Origin: an uncultured delta proteobacterium
Lineage (GTDB): Bacteria > Desulfobacterota > Zymogenia > Zymogenales > Zymogenaceae
DNA: 64,000 nt
Assembly: GCA_963848155.1 (NCBI GenBank)
Contig: CAWKCL010000006.1
Coordinates: forward strand, 485,160 to 549,159
Direction: 5' to 3'
Below the pieces are notes generated by a model. It ran no database searches, was not told where the DNA came from, and saw only the letters and a program-made list of their open reading frames with translations. Position numbers and translations under genes: made by a program. Of the stretch, positions 28,704 to 39,278 are shown one piece after another (position 1 is the stretch's first letter; each line of letters starts with the position of its first letter).

Positions 28704-30329
28704 CTATCGGCCCAGCAGCAGCCGTCCGACGGCCGCGCGCAGGTTGTCCCGTTGGTCGTGGGTCGTATCCAGGCCGAGGGCATCGGCCTGTTCGCGGCCG
28801 GTCAACGGCTGGCAGACGAGCTTCTGCTTGAGATACACCTCAAGGGTCGCGTCCGATACGCTCTTTTCCTTCATCCGCTGCCGAATCCTCTTTTTCACGA
28901 CCTCGTCGGGGGCGGTCACCGCGACGATAATAAAGCGCGACCCCGTCTCTTCGGCGATCTCGCGGGCGCGTTGTCTGTCGCGTTCCGCGAGGAAGCAGGC
29001 GTCCAGGATCACCGACCGGTTATCCGCCAGCAGCCGCCCGGCCCGGTCGAACATGGTTTCGTAGGTCTTTTCTGTCATGCGCCGCGAGTAGATCCCTTCC
29101 CCGAACCGGCCGTAGCGGTGTTCCTCTCGATCGACCCCCGCGATCTCCTTTCTCACCTCGTCGGACCGGATAATCTCAAACCCCATCTCGCGGGCGAGGT
29201 CGTCGGCGATCCCGCTTTTCCCGGTCCCTGCCAGCCCGAAGGTGACCACGAGAAAAGGGCGCGTCTCCCTGACCGCATAGTGGTGGGCCAGGTGGAAGTA
29301 GGCGCGGGCGCTTGCGGCCGCCCGCTCTTTCTCCTCGCTGTCTATCTCGGCCTCCCCCAGCTCAAAGCTGATGACCTTGCCCCGCGAAAAGGCATGGTAG
29401 CAGGCGTAAAAATCGACGAGGCCGGCAAGGCCCGTATCGCCCGACCGGGCGACGTACGCGTCGATAAAGGCCCGCGAGAGCGCGGGATACCCGAAAAAAT
29501 CGAGGTCCATGGAAAGAAACGCGATATCCTGCGCAACGTCGCCCATCCTGAACCGCTCGTTGAACTCGATGCAGTCATAGATATAGACGGCCTGCCGGGG
29601 TGACGCAGATGTTTCGGGAATGGAGGTCGCCGTGCCCCTCCCGTATGAACCCGCCCCGTACCCGCTCTTCGAAGAGATCGGCCTTCGTCTTGAAGGTATG
29701 CTCCGTAAACTCCTTGACGCCTTCGAAGAGCTCGGGAGATATCGTTTTCCCGACGTAGGGCCGTGTCTGGTTGAAGTTCTCGTCGCAATTGAGCCCGATG
29801 ACCGGCGTAGCCCCGTACCGGTCGATCCGCGGTCCGGCCAGCGCGCCGCGATAGAAAGGGACGAGGACGTCGGCGATCCGGCCCACGTCGCCGGCCGAAA
29901 CCAGCGCCGCGGGAAAGCAGGCCGTCCATCATACGAATCTTCCGGGAGCCGTTTCATCCTGACGGCGTATTCGACGACCGGGCCCGTACCCTCGATCACG
30001 GCCCCCGTGCCGTCGTCGGTAACCGGCACGACCCCGAGGTAGATATCGGGGCAGAGCCTCTTGTTGAGCCTGACTTCCTCCTCGCAGTAGTATTTACGCT
30101 TCTCCAGGTCGGAAAAGTCCAGGAATCCGAAGCTGACCGGCTTCTTGATCTTGAATACGAGGTCATCGGCGATAAAGACAACCGAGATATGGGTCTGCAC
30201 GACGCGCACCGCCTTGGGGCCGTGGGGATAGGCGCGCCGATTGCTCAGCGCCTCGATAATTCTGGCCAGGGGCATGCGCCGCTCCAAACCGAGTGAAATC
30301 CAAAGGGGAAAGCCTGCCGGTTCCCCCAT
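28704..30329 (-). CDS. Bifunctional aminoglycoside-phosphotransferase-like / P-loop kinase (ATP-binding) protein
   Basis: APH motif GHGDLHSRNICV lies in an alternate frame (29575..29886). A Walker A motif (TFGLAGTGKSGI) is in the C-terminal half. Two compensating indels bracket 29580–29890. Confidence 0.6.
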   Translation of the reverse strand: MGEPAGFPLWISLGLERRMPLARIIEALSNRRAYPHGPKAVRVVQTHISVVFIADDLVFKIKKPVSFGFLDFSDLEKRKYYCEEEVRLNKRLCPDIYLGVVPVTDDGTGAVIEGTGPVVEYAVRMKRLPEDSYDGRPAFPRRWFRPATWAGSPTSSSLSIAARWPDRGSTGTGLRRSSGSIATRTSTRHGPTSGKRYLPSSSKASRSLRSIPSRRRPISSKSGYGAGSYGRGTATSIPETSASPRQAVYIYDCIEFNERFRMGDVAQDIAFLSMDLDFFGYPALSRAFIDAYVARSGDTGLAGLVDFYACYHAFSRGKVISFELGEAEIDSEEKERAAASARAYFHLAHHYAVRETRPFLVVTFGLAGTGKSGIADDLAREMGFEIIRSDEVRKEIAGVDREEHRYGRFGEGIYSRRMTEKTYETMFDRAGRLLADNRSVILDACFLAERDRQRAREIAEETGSRFIIVAVTAPDEVVKKRIRQRMKEKSVSDATLEVYLKQKLVCQPLTGREQADALGLDTTHDQRDNLRAAVGRLLLGR

Positions 30330-30380
30330 AAAAACGAACGGCTATGTTCGGGAAGAAAAGCGGCCCGGAGGCGGGTCACA

Positions 30381-31560
30381 TTACGAAAAGATATCGTCGA
30401 AGAACCGTTTTTTCATCTTGATCTTGAGCAGGCCGAAGATGTCCCGTTGTACGTCCCGAATGCTCTTTCCCGCCTCCATCATCACCTCCTGCTTTCGCCA
30501 TTCGTCGAGCCGAAACGGATGGTCGGAAAGGCCCTGGAGGTCAAAGCCCTCCTCCTTTGCCTTTTGTACGAACCGCTCGGGGAGTTTATCCGGGATCGGC
30601 AGGTCGTTCATGACCGCCCAGACCATCGTCCAGAGCCGGGCGGTATTGAAATGGTTGTAACCGCCGCCGCCCAGCGCGATCCACCGTTTTGCATGCTTGC
30701 CGCATCGTGGTAATGGCGTGGAGGTACCCCTGGGAGGTCAGGTTGAGGTTTGCCAGGGGATCGGTGAGCATCATATCGCACCCGACCTGCGATACGAGCA
30801 CGTCGGGGGAGAATTTCTCTATGATCGGGATAAAGATATCGTCAAACGCCCAGGTAAACGTGCGGTCGTCGGTCCCGTAGCGCAGCGGGACGTTGATCGA
30901 ATAGCCCTTCCCCTTGTCCCGGCCGAGCTCCTCGGTGAAGCCGGTCCCGGGGAAGAGCGATTTTCCGCTTTCATGAAACGAGAGCGTCAGAACCCGGTCG
31001 GTGTCGTAAAAGGCGGCCTGGACGCCGTCTCCGTGGTGGGCGTCGATGTCCACGTACATCACCTTGAGCCGTTTTGAGAGCAGGTAGTTAATCGCGATGA
31101 CGATGTCGTTGACGAAGCAAAAACCCGCCGCCTTGTCACGCATGGAGTGGTGCATCCCGCCGGCCATGTTGAACGCGGCCCACGCCGTCCCCTCGGCCAC
31201 GGCCCGGGCGGCCGCAAGGGAGTTGCCCAGCACCGCCAGGGAAAAGTCGAATATCCCGGGGAAGACCGGGTTATCGCCGGGGCCGATGTTATATTTTTCC
31301 AGCTCCGGAAGGTAGTTTCCGTCGTTGGCCGTCTTGAGCGCCGCTACGTAGTCCGGGTCGTGGTACGAGAGGACGTCCTGTTCGGTTGCGGGAGGCGGGG
31401 AACTATAGAGCGCGTTTGCCAGCTGATCCATCCCGTATTCATGGATCAGCTCCATCGCGTAGGTTACCCGCTCCCACCTCAGCGGGTGGCCCGGCCCGTA
31501 GTTGAACGCCTCAAATCCCACGGGGACGATGAGAAGGGTCTTTTTTGATCGTCCGAAAAT
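30381..31560 (-). CDS. Histone deacetylase / acetoin utilization (AcuC/AphA) family protein, with an indel near 30660
   Basis: Conserved HDAC motifs (DIDAHHGDGVQ, SFHESG). The C-terminus (RWIALGGGGYN...WTMVWAVMNDL) is in the shifted frame 30381..30626. The true start is uncertain. Confidence 0.7.
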
Positions 31561-31592
31561 GGCGGTTCCCCCTGTCTGCCGTTGACTGTCTG

Positions 31593-32878
31593 TTATCCTA
31601 AGGGCCCGGCGCCGAACGTCATTGCCGCAAAGGTGACGGTGGAGCGCTCCTCGTCCATCACCGTGCTGTCGTACGAGATAAGCCTGCCCTTTGCGCCGTC
31701 GATGACCGAGAGCATCGTATAGATCGCCGGAAAGCCGCACACCCTGCGCCGGTCGTCATCGGCGGCGATGTGTTCGAGAAAGGCCTTCGGGTCGCCGGCC
31801 GCAATGATCTCGATCATACGGCGGTCCTGTTCGTTTACCCGCTCGATCTCTTGTTCGGTCGGGGGCTCTTCATCCCCGTATTTGATCCCCACGTGCGCGA
31901 AATCGACCGAGGCCAGCACCACCGCCCGGCCCCGGTAGGCCGCCAGGGCCGCCTTGAGCGCCCCGATGAACTCGCTCCGCCACGTCCCTGACGCGCCGAA
32001 AAGCGGTCGTGGGTGAAGATCGTATGGGGAAAGGAGGTCAAAATCGGCGCGATGGCAAAGGGCGCGTCCCCGAAGACGTATTTCAAAAAGATCGTCTGGA
32101 ATTCGATGGTATGCTCGGTCCGGTGGAGCATCTCGCCTGAAAAGAGCCGGTCGCCGAAGCGCCGCGAGAGGTCGTCCATGAACGCGCGGTCGGTGGCGAC
32201 CGGTCCCAGCGGGGTCTCGAAGTCCTTTTTCGTGCCGGCAAAGAGGTCTTCGATACCCGCGTGCCCCACGCCGAGGATCACGTAGAGATCCGCCGGCCCC
32301 GCGGCCCTGATCGCCTCGTAGACGCGCGCGAAGCTGGCGCCCCCGGCGTTGATGCTGATGTGCGGGGCGATGGCGGCGACAAGCGCACCGTTTGACACGG
32401 CGCTCGCCGCGTCGGCGGGGCCCGCCGCGGTGAAATAGGACGAAAGCTCCGCCCTGAGCTCGTCCGGCTCGGCCCGGTAGCCCGCCCCCGCGTGGGCAGG
32501 CCGGCGGACGGGCGATCCGAAGAAGTCCTCGTCGACGCGGCGCTTCTGTTTCAGGAACGATTCGCTGACCAGGTAGTGGCTTGATTCCAGCTCGTCGGCG
32601 ACCTTCTTGATGTCTCCCGCGTCAACCTTGCTGCCGGAGCGGCTCAGTATCTCTTCCTGGATCTGCCGGTAGGTCTTGGTGCCGTCGAAAAACTGGATGA
32701 TGCCCACCACCTCCCGGGGTATAAAGAGGATCTTGTCCGTATAGAGAAACGGGTCCCGGAGCACGAGCCCCTGCCTCCCCCCGATGCTGGTGGGGACAAA
32801 CTCGACGTTGCGCAGTTTCGGATAATCGGAGTCGGACAAAATAGAAATTCCTCCCGGCCCTCCCCGGTCGTGCCTCAT
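31593..32878 (-). CDS. MEMO1-family protein (AmmeMemoRadiSam system protein B-like), with an indel near 31930
   Basis: Memo-like motifs (LYVILGVGHAG, HISINAGGASF). The C-terminal 109 aa are in a second frame (31593..31922). Confidence 0.6.
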
Positions 32879-33133
32879 TTCAGGATCGCACCGGTAAAAC
32901 CGTTGCGTATTACCCTATATAATTAGGTATCACACAACCGGCGGCTGGTCAAGGCCAAAAGCCAAACCGCGGATGAGGGCTCTACGTGTCCCTTTCGTAT
33001 ATCGTTCATTTCTTGCCTTTGTGCCTTTATAGTGAGACGTTTACCCGTCCGGCCCGCCGATCAAATCAGTTGAAAGACGGTCAACCCTCTGGTATGATTT
33101 ATACTACCTCTTTATCCATGTATCGGGTATATC

Positions 33134-34726
33134 ATGAAAATCAGCTTTATCGGCGGTGCGCGCACCGTCACCGGCTCTTCGTTCCTTATTTCCACCGGCT
33201 CTGCCAACGTCCTGGTGGACTGCGGGATGTTTCAGGGCAGGCGGGAGCTCGTCGCCCGTAACTACCTCGAGACGATCTACGACCCGCGAGATATCGACGC
33301 GGTCGTCCTGACCCACGCCCATATCGACCACACCGGGCTGATCCCGAAGCTCGTCAGGGACGGTTTTTCGGGCCGCATCCACGCCACCCGCGCCACGACC
33401 GACCTCTGCGGCCTGATGCTGGCAGACAGCGCCCACATCCAGGAGATGGAATCGCGCTGGAAGACGAGCAAGAACCGGCGCCGCGGCATCGGCGATACCC
33501 CTCCCCTTTACACCGTCAGGGACGCCGAGCGCGCCATGACGCATTTCGAGCCGGTCGCCTACGACAAGAAGGTCTCACCCGTACCGGGAATCGAGGTGGT
33601 CTTTCGGGACGCGGGCCACATCCTGGGCTCCGGCATGCTGGAGATATGGGCGGATACCGGGGGCAAGAAGACCAAGCTCGTCTTCTCGGGCGACGTGGGC
33701 ACCAGCGACCAGCCCATCATCCGGGACCCCTCGGTGATCACCGAGGCCGATTTCCTGTTTATCGAATCCACCTACGGCAACCGCCTGCACAAGACCATCG
33801 AGGAGAGCAAGGAGGAGTTCACCGAGGCGCTGCTGGCAACGATCGGCCGGGGCGGCAAGGTTATCATCCCGTCGTTTGCGGTGGGCAGGACCCAGGAGAT
33901 CATCTACTACCTGGCCGAGCTGTCCCGCGCGGGTAAGCTCCCGAACGTACCGATCATCGTCGACAGCCCCATGGCCACCTCGGCGACGCAGATTATCAAG
34001 AACAACCCCGACTGCTTCGACCAGGACATCAACGACCTGATGGCCGAGGGGAAGCGCCCGCTGGACATCCCGGCGCTGAAATTCACCCGCTCTACCGAGG
34101 AATCGATGGCGGTCAACACGCTCAAGGGCAGCGCCGTTATCATCTCCTCGTCCGGGATGTGCGACGGCGGCAGGATCAAGCACCACCTGCGCCACAACCT
34201 CTGGCGGCCCGAGACCACGGTGATCTTCGTGGGCTTCCAGGCCGAAGGCACGCTGGGCCGGCGCATCGTCAACGGGGACGACATGGTCAGGATATTCGGG
34301 GAGGAGATCCAGGTAAACGCGAAGATCTACACCATCAACGGCCTGTCCGCCCACGCGGACCGGGACGGCCTTCTGGACTGGGCCTCGCACTTTCGGGGGG
34401 CCGACCCCATGACCTTCGTGATACACGGGGAGGAGCGGGCGGCGTTCGACTTTGCCCGCACGCTCACGGGCGAGCTTTCGCTCAAGACCTACGTGCCCGA
34501 CTGGGGAGAGACGGTACAGCTCCTTCCCGGAAAGGAGTTCCGGTCGCTCTCGGTCACGGAGGCGGGCGAAAAGATCGAGATATTCTCCGGGAAGTTCAAG
34601 AAGGACCTTGCCTATATCAAGGAGAGGATCGACACGATCGAGAAGAAGGGCATCGCGGGCAGGAAGAAGGTCTCCGACCGGCTGGGGGTGATCAAGAGCC
34701 TGTTGAGCGAGATCGAGGAAGAATAG
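33134..34726 (+). CDS. MBL-fold metallo-hydrolase with beta-CASP domain (RNase J / CPSF-like RNA-processing nuclease)
   Basis: HxHxDH motif (LTHAHIDHTG) and beta-CASP motifs across 530 aa. Confidence 0.8.
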   Translation: MKISFIGGARTVTGSSFLISTGSANVLVDCGMFQGRRELVARNYLETIYDPRDIDAVVLTHAHIDHTGLIPKLVRDGFSGRIHATRATTDLCGLMLADSAHIQEMESRWKTSKNRRRGIGDTPPLYTVRDAERAMTHFEPVAYDKKVSPVPGIEVVFRDAGHILGSGMLEIWADTGGKKTKLVFSGDVGTSDQPIIRDPSVITEADFLFIESTYGNRLHKTIEESKEEFTEALLATIGRGGKVIIPSFAVGRTQEIIYYLAELSRAGKLPNVPIIVDSPMATSATQIIKNNPDCFDQDINDLMAEGKRPLDIPALKFTRSTEESMAVNTLKGSAVIISSSGMCDGGRIKHHLRHNLWRPETTVIFVGFQAEGTLGRRIVNGDDMVRIFGEEIQVNAKIYTINGLSAHADRDGLLDWASHFRGADPMTFVIHGEERAAFDFARTLTGELSLKTYVPDWGETVQLLPGKEFRSLSVTEAGEKIEIFSGKFKKDLAYIKERIDTIEKKGIAGRKKVSDRLGVIKSLLSEIEEE

Positions 34727-34802
34727 CCGCCTCCGTTTCTTAGAGAAGGAACCCGGCTTTTATCTATGGGGCGGCAACCGCACCGCCCGCGTACGCATCA
34801 GA

Positions 34803-34828
34803 GCGGGCACGATGTATCGTGCCCCTAC
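34803..34828 (-). repeat. Palindromic hairpin repeat, GTAGGGG-CACGAT-AC-ATCGTG-CCC type
   Basis: Perfect 20-bp palindrome GGGCACGATGTATCGTGCCC plus a flanking CTAC. Confidence 0.7.
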
Positions 34829-35559
34829 TGCCCGCAACCCGTTACCCGTTTGTACCCGTAGGGACACCACATGTGGTGTCCGCAAAACGGCGAGTGCTCG
34901 GCAAGAAGGTGATTACGAAACAACCGCCCCCTTTTGATTCGTGGGATAGTCCTACCGGAAAATGTAATTTCTCGATAGTATTGGCTGCTGCCATAACGGT
35001 AATGCTATTGCTCATCGCGTCTAATACCCCGGCCGCCCTCCCCGCCCAGCCCGCCCAGCACATGAGGACTGCAAGCAGGGACCCGTTCAATAATCTCGTC
35101 GCGGCATTCAAGGGCCCGAAGGATCTCGAGGCCTACGTCCTCGATAATTTCAGATATCAGGAGGACAGGCAGGACAGGCTCAAGAGCATCCGCAGGTTTA
35201 TGTATGACCGGGGCGGCGACTGCGAAGACTATTCGCTGTTTATCGGCAGCGCGCTGGAAAAGATGGGGTATACGGTCGATGTATTGGAGATGCACTTCCG
35301 GCGCGGGGGTGAGATATTCGACCACAGGGTCGTGCTGTTTCACGACGAGACGACGGGAAAGGAATACTACATGCAGGGCTATCCCGACGGGTTTTCCGAC
35401 GGGAGGATCAGCCGCCCCTACGACAGCAAGGCCGACCTGATCCGGGCGCTGGAAACGATGTGGCGCGCCGACCCCGGCACCTTTTCCTACGGCCTCAACT
35501 CGACGCAGCTCTTGATAATTACGTACGGGAATACTCCTGACCTGGGGTATTTACCGTGA
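34819..35559 (+). CDS. Transglutaminase-like / papain-fold cysteine protease superfamily protein. The true start is probably internal.
   Basis: Cys (GGDCEDYS) and His (HRVVLFHDE) catalytic-type motifs. The first roughly 20 codons of the ORF translate the palindromic repeat elements at 34855–34883, so the real start is likely near 35002. Confidence 0.5.
   Translation: MPLLPATRYPFVPVGTPHVVSAKRRVLGKKVITKQPPPFDSWDSPTGKCNFSIVLAAAITVMLLLIASNTPAALPAQPAQHMRTASRDPFNNLVAAFKGPKDLEAYVLDNFRYQEDRQDRLKSIRRFMYDRGGDCEDYSLFIGSALEKMGYTVDVLEMHFRRGGEIFDHRVVLFHDETTGKEYYMQGYPDGFSDGRISRPYDSKADLIRALETMWRADPGTFSYGLNSTQLLIITYGNTPDLGYLP
34855..34883 (+). repeat. Palindromic hairpin repeat, CCCGTAGGG-ACACCA-CATG-TGGTGT-CC type
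   Basis: Perfect palindrome GGACACCACATGTGGTGTCC preceded by the conserved CCGTTACCCGTTTGTACCCGTA flank. Confidence 0.7.
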
Positions 35560-35711
35560 CGGGGGGCAGTAGTTTGTAACTCATTTCAGAAACTGGCGTT
35601 AGCCGCTCCGGACACTCTTTCCAAATTACACCAACCCCCCATTGACGTATCGGATCACCGCCATTACATTATTTAATATGCTCGATTTTAATCCATTGAG
35701 GGGGTACCGTT

Positions 35712-36824
35712 ATGAATACTCCAGGTAAAATGACTCTGTATCTATTCGGTATCACTGCGTTCGTTGCCGCGCTGGCGGTTCTGGCCGCCTGCCCGACGGC
35801 CGGCTCCGAAAAGCCCGCGCCCGCGGTGGCGGATGCCCCGTTCGAGACGGTCGCGACTGAACTCACGGTCCCCTGGGAGATCGCCTTTCTGCCCGGCGGC
35901 GCCGGTGGAACCGATGGAAATATCCTCGTTACCGAGCGGCCGGGCACGCTCGTGCGCCTCGGCGCGGCCGGGCGCGCGATAACCGTCCCCGGCGTAGAGA
36001 CTTCCGGCGAGTCCGGCCTGATGGGACTTGCCCTGCACCCCGCTTTCGCCGAGAACCGCTGGCTTTACCTTGCCTACACGACCGGGTCGGATAACCGCGT
36101 TGTGCGATACACGTACGACCTCGAGGCAAACGCGCTGACCGAGCCCACGGTCATCATCGCCGGGATTCCCGCGGCCCGGTTCCACGACGGCGGAAGGATC
36201 GCGTTCGGCCCGGACGGGTATCTCTACGTCACCACGGGAGACGCTGGAGACCCCGGCTCCGCGCAGGATCCGGCCTCGCTCGCCGGTAAGATCCTCAGGC
36301 TCACCGACGGGGGCGCCGTTCCCGGCGACAACCCCTTCGGCAACGCCGTCTATTCCTACGGGCACCGCAACCCGCAGGGGCTGGCCTGGGACGACCGGGG
36401 CAGGCTCTGGTCTACCGAGCACGGCAGGTCCGTCCCGCTTTCGGGCTACGACGAGCTGAACCTCATCGAAAAGGGGGGAAACTACGGCTGGCCCGATATA
36501 CAGGGGGACGAGACGAAGCCCGGCATGGTCGACCCGGTGGTACACTCCGGCCCGGCGGCGACCTGGGCGCCCGCGGGAGCGGTCTACTTCGACGGGGGTA
36601 TCCTCTTTACCGGGCTGAAGGGTGAGACGCTCTACCGGTACGACACCGGCACCCGCACGCTTGCCACGTATTTCGCGGGCCGCTTCGGCAGGATGAGGGC
36701 TATCGCCGTTCACGACGGGTGGCTTTACCTCTCGACGAGCAACCGGGACGGCAGGGGCACCGTACATGCGGGTGACGACCGGATCGTAAGGATACGCCTC
36801 GATGCGCTGAAAGAGCTCTTTTAG
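35712..36824 (+). CDS. PQQ-dependent soluble glucose/sorbosone dehydrogenase family lipoprotein
   Basis: Lipobox (AVLAAC). GSDH beta-propeller motifs (GLMGLALHP, YGHRNPQGLAWD). Confidence 0.8.
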   Translation: MNTPGKMTLYLFGITAFVAALAVLAACPTAGSEKPAPAVADAPFETVATELTVPWEIAFLPGGAGGTDGNILVTERPGTLVRLGAAGRAITVPGVETSGESGLMGLALHPAFAENRWLYLAYTTGSDNRVVRYTYDLEANALTEPTVIIAGIPAARFHDGGRIAFGPDGYLYVTTGDAGDPGSAQDPASLAGKILRLTDGGAVPGDNPFGNAVYSYGHRNPQGLAWDDRGRLWSTEHGRSVPLSGYDELNLIEKGGNYGWPDIQGDETKPGMVDPVVHSGPAATWAPAGAVYFDGGILFTGLKGETLYRYDTGTRTLATYFAGRFGRMRAIAVHDGWLYLSTSNRDGRGTVHAGDDRIVRIRLDALKELF

Positions 36825-36847
36825 TCGTCCCGGCCTCTCCCGAGTAT

Positions 36848-36874
36848 AACGCGCGGATAAAAAGAGGCCGCCTG
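36848..36874 (-). terminator. Rho-independent terminator after the 36916..37353 gene
   Basis: On the minus strand: AGGCCGCC-CGCA-GGCGGCCU hairpin followed by CUUUUU. Confidence 0.5.
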
Positions 36875-36915
36875 CGGGCGGCCTTGTCCGCGGAGCGCTG
36901 CAGACGGGAGCGTGC

Positions 36916-37353
36916 CTATTTCTTCGTCTGCTCCCCGGCGTAGGTGCGGACGTTTGCCACCGCCATCAGGAGCGCAATCAGGGTCGCCATAGCCCCCGGG
37001 GCGATAAAAAAGTAGGCCCAGCTCACGCCGGCAACGAGCGCAAAGGTCGCCAGCAGCGCCCAGCCTATCGGCAGGAAGGGGGCCGCGAGCTTTCCCGTGA
37101 ACCCGCCCATGAACCAGGCTAAAAATGCGGAAAAGAGAAGAAATATTGAGAAGAGGAGGCCTAACCCGAGATACATCCCTCCCCAGGTGACGCTCGATCC
37201 CATGACCGTAAACCCGGCCGAGTCCATCAGCGACCGTACGGTATCGACTCCCGGCCCATAGCTTGCGCGGCTCAGCAGGCCGAACGTGTGAAGGGCGCAA
37301 AAGACGACCAGGAGATACGAGCAGATACGGTAAAGGGAAAAGTGTCTCGCCAT
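36916..37353 (-). CDS. Small polytopic membrane protein of unknown function
   Basis: 145 aa from MARHFSLYR, with four hydrophobic helices. Confidence 0.45.
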   Translation of the reverse strand: MARHFSLYRICSYLLVVFCALHTFGLLSRASYGPGVDTVRSLMDSAGFTVMGSSVTWGGMYLGLGLLFSIFLLFSAFLAWFMGGFTGKLAAPFLPIGWALLATFALVAGVSWAYFFIAPGAMATLIALLMAVANVRTYAGEQTKK

Positions 37354-37379
37354 GCCGCTACCCCTGTTTGATTGGCTGG

Positions 37380-37991
37380 TTACAAAAACTCGGGCAGCAC
37401 GCCGCACAGCGCCTCGATCGCGCGCCTGCGGTGGCTGATCTGGTTTTTCTCGGGATCGCTCATCTCGGCGTAGGTCTTGCCGAGGGGGGGATAATAAAAG
37501 ACCGGGTCGTACCCGAATCCGCCGCCGCCCCGGGGCGCCTCGGCGATAACGCCCCGGCACTCTCCCCGCACTATCCGCTCCCGCCCGTCCGGGGTGACCA
37601 GCGCGATCACCGCCACGAACCGTGCTGCCCGCCGTTCGGGGGGGACGCCGGCAAGCAAATCTAGCAGCTTTTCGTTGTTGGCCGCGTCCGTGGACGACGG
37701 CCCCGCAAACCGGGCCGACAGCACCCCCGGCGCGCCTCCCAGCGCCTCCACCTCGATGCCCGAGTCGTCCGCCGCGGAAACCAACCCCGTAAAGGCCGCC
37801 GCCGCCCGCGCCTTGATCAGGGCGTTTTCCTCGAAGGTGCTGCCCGTCTCCTCAACGTCGGGGTAATCGGCCGCGTCGGCAAGAGACCTGATGCTCACCC
37901 TGCCGGTCAGCCCCAGCTCGTCCATGATCTGCCGAAATTCCGCGAGCTTACCCCGGTTCTTGGTGGCGATCACGATCTCAGGTCTTGTCAC
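37380..37991 (-). CDS. rdgB: Non-canonical purine NTP pyrophosphatase (RdgB/HAM1)
   Basis: [14 protein letters not shown]...FGYDPVF motifs. 203 aa. Confidence 0.85.
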   Translation of the reverse strand: MTRPEIVIATKNRGKLAEFRQIMDELGLTGRVSIRSLADAADYPDVEETGSTFEENALIKARAAAAFTGLVSAADDSGIEVEALGGAPGVLSARFAGPSSTDAANNEKLLDLLAGVPPERRAARFVAVIALVTPDGRERIVRGECRGVIAEAPRGGGGFGYDPVFYYPPLGKTYAEMSDPEKNQISHRRRAIEALCGVLPEFL

Positions 37992-38802
37992 TGATCTCCC
38001 CGAGGAGCTCTTTCTGCTTTTCTATGAGCCGGGCGATCCCGTCCCGGGCAAGCCCCATCATCGTGTCGAGCGTATTCTGATCAAAGGGGTGGTTTTCGGC
38101 CGTGCCCTGCACCTCCACGAAGAGTCCGGAGCCCGTTATGACGAAGTTCATGTCGACCTCCGCCGCCGAATCCTCCTTGTAGTCCAGGTCGAGCAGGGTC
38201 TTTCCGTCCACGACGCCCGCGCTGACCGCCGCGATGTAGTCCCTGATCGGCACGCGGGATATCTGGCCGGTCTTTTTCATCTTCATGAGGCATTCGGCCA
38301 GGGCCACAAAACCCCCGGTGATGGACGCGGTGCGCGTCCCTCCGTCGGCGCAGATCACGTCGCAGTCTATCCAGATCGTGCGCTCGCCCAGCGCCCTGAG
38401 GTCGACGACGGCCCTGAGCGCCCTGCCGATGAGCCGCTGTATCTCCAGCGTCCTGCCGCCGGCCCTCCCCTGCGTGACCTCGCGGGTCATCCTGGTCTCG
38501 GTGGAGCGTGGCAGCATCCCGTACTCCGCGGTAACCCACCCGCCGCCGGTTCCCTTGAGGAAGCCGGGGACCCGGTCCTCCACGGAGGCCGTGGCGATGA
38601 CCCTCGTCATCCCCATCTCGATGAGCACACTGCCCTCGGCATAAGGGATATAGTTCTTGGTCATCGTAACCGGACGGATGGCGTTGAACTGCCGTCCGTT
38701 CCGCCGGAGCCAATCGACCGGCCTGTTGTTTCTCGTTGTTTTCACGCACGCTCCCCGATAGAGGTGAGGGTAGATGATACCGATTCGCCCGGTATCTGTC
38801 AA
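37978..38802 (-). CDS. rph: Ribonuclease PH
   Basis: [33 protein letters not shown]...TRMTRE motifs. The exact start is uncertain because the N-terminal part of the ORF is probably untranslated. Confidence 0.85.
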   Translation of the reverse strand: MTDTGRIGIIYPHLYRGACVKTTRNNRPVDWLRRNGRQFNAIRPVTMTKNYIPYAEGSVLIEMGMTRVIATASVEDRVPGFLKGTGGGWVTAEYGMLPRSTETRMTREVTQGRAGGRTLEIQRLIGRALRAVVDLRALGERTIWIDCDVICADGGTRTASITGGFVALAECLMKMKKTGQISRVPIRDYIAAVSAGVVDGKTLLDLDYKEDSAAEVDMNFVITGSGLFVEVQGTAENHPFDQNTLDTMMGLARDGIARLIEKQKELLGEISDKT

Positions 38803-39278
38803 GGTCTAACGAGGCGTCCAACGGACATACCGTGAATCGCGAATCGGCGCGGGCGGCACGAAAATCCGGGCAGTGCCCGGGCCTATCGGCTCGGACGCGC
38901 TGGCGTGCATCGGAATCGGGGGAAGAACGTGACGTATGATGAATATTTTGCGGGGGGAATCCATATGTAAAAATATTTTACACCTCTGAAAGATGCCGTT
39001 ATTATTCGAAATATCGGCAGCGATACATACTGCGTTCGCTCTTTTGTATAACTATTTGGCACTTTTAGTCAGTTTTGGCCTCCCCGATGAGGGGAATGCA
39101 CCTGCCGGCCCGTAACTCATTGTATTTGCTTCATTTGTTCACGCAAAAAGAATGCCGCGCAACCCGCAGATAGGCACGCTTATTGCTATAAACACTATGC
39201 GGACGGAGCCGGTACCCCCGTCCGAACGGGCGTCCTCACACAATTTATACGTATCCTTGAAGGGGAAAGGAGACAACC

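Noticed and set aside
34819-34990. N-terminal 60 aa of the transglutaminase-like ORF as real coding sequence
   Set aside because: These codons translate the palindromic repeat elements (VPVGTPHVVSAK is the hairpin). The real start is probably near 35002.
36848-36874. Bidirectional terminator shared with the plus-strand PQQ dehydrogenase gene
   Set aside because: The U-run follows the hairpin only on the minus strand. On the plus strand the hairpin is followed by GC-rich sequence.
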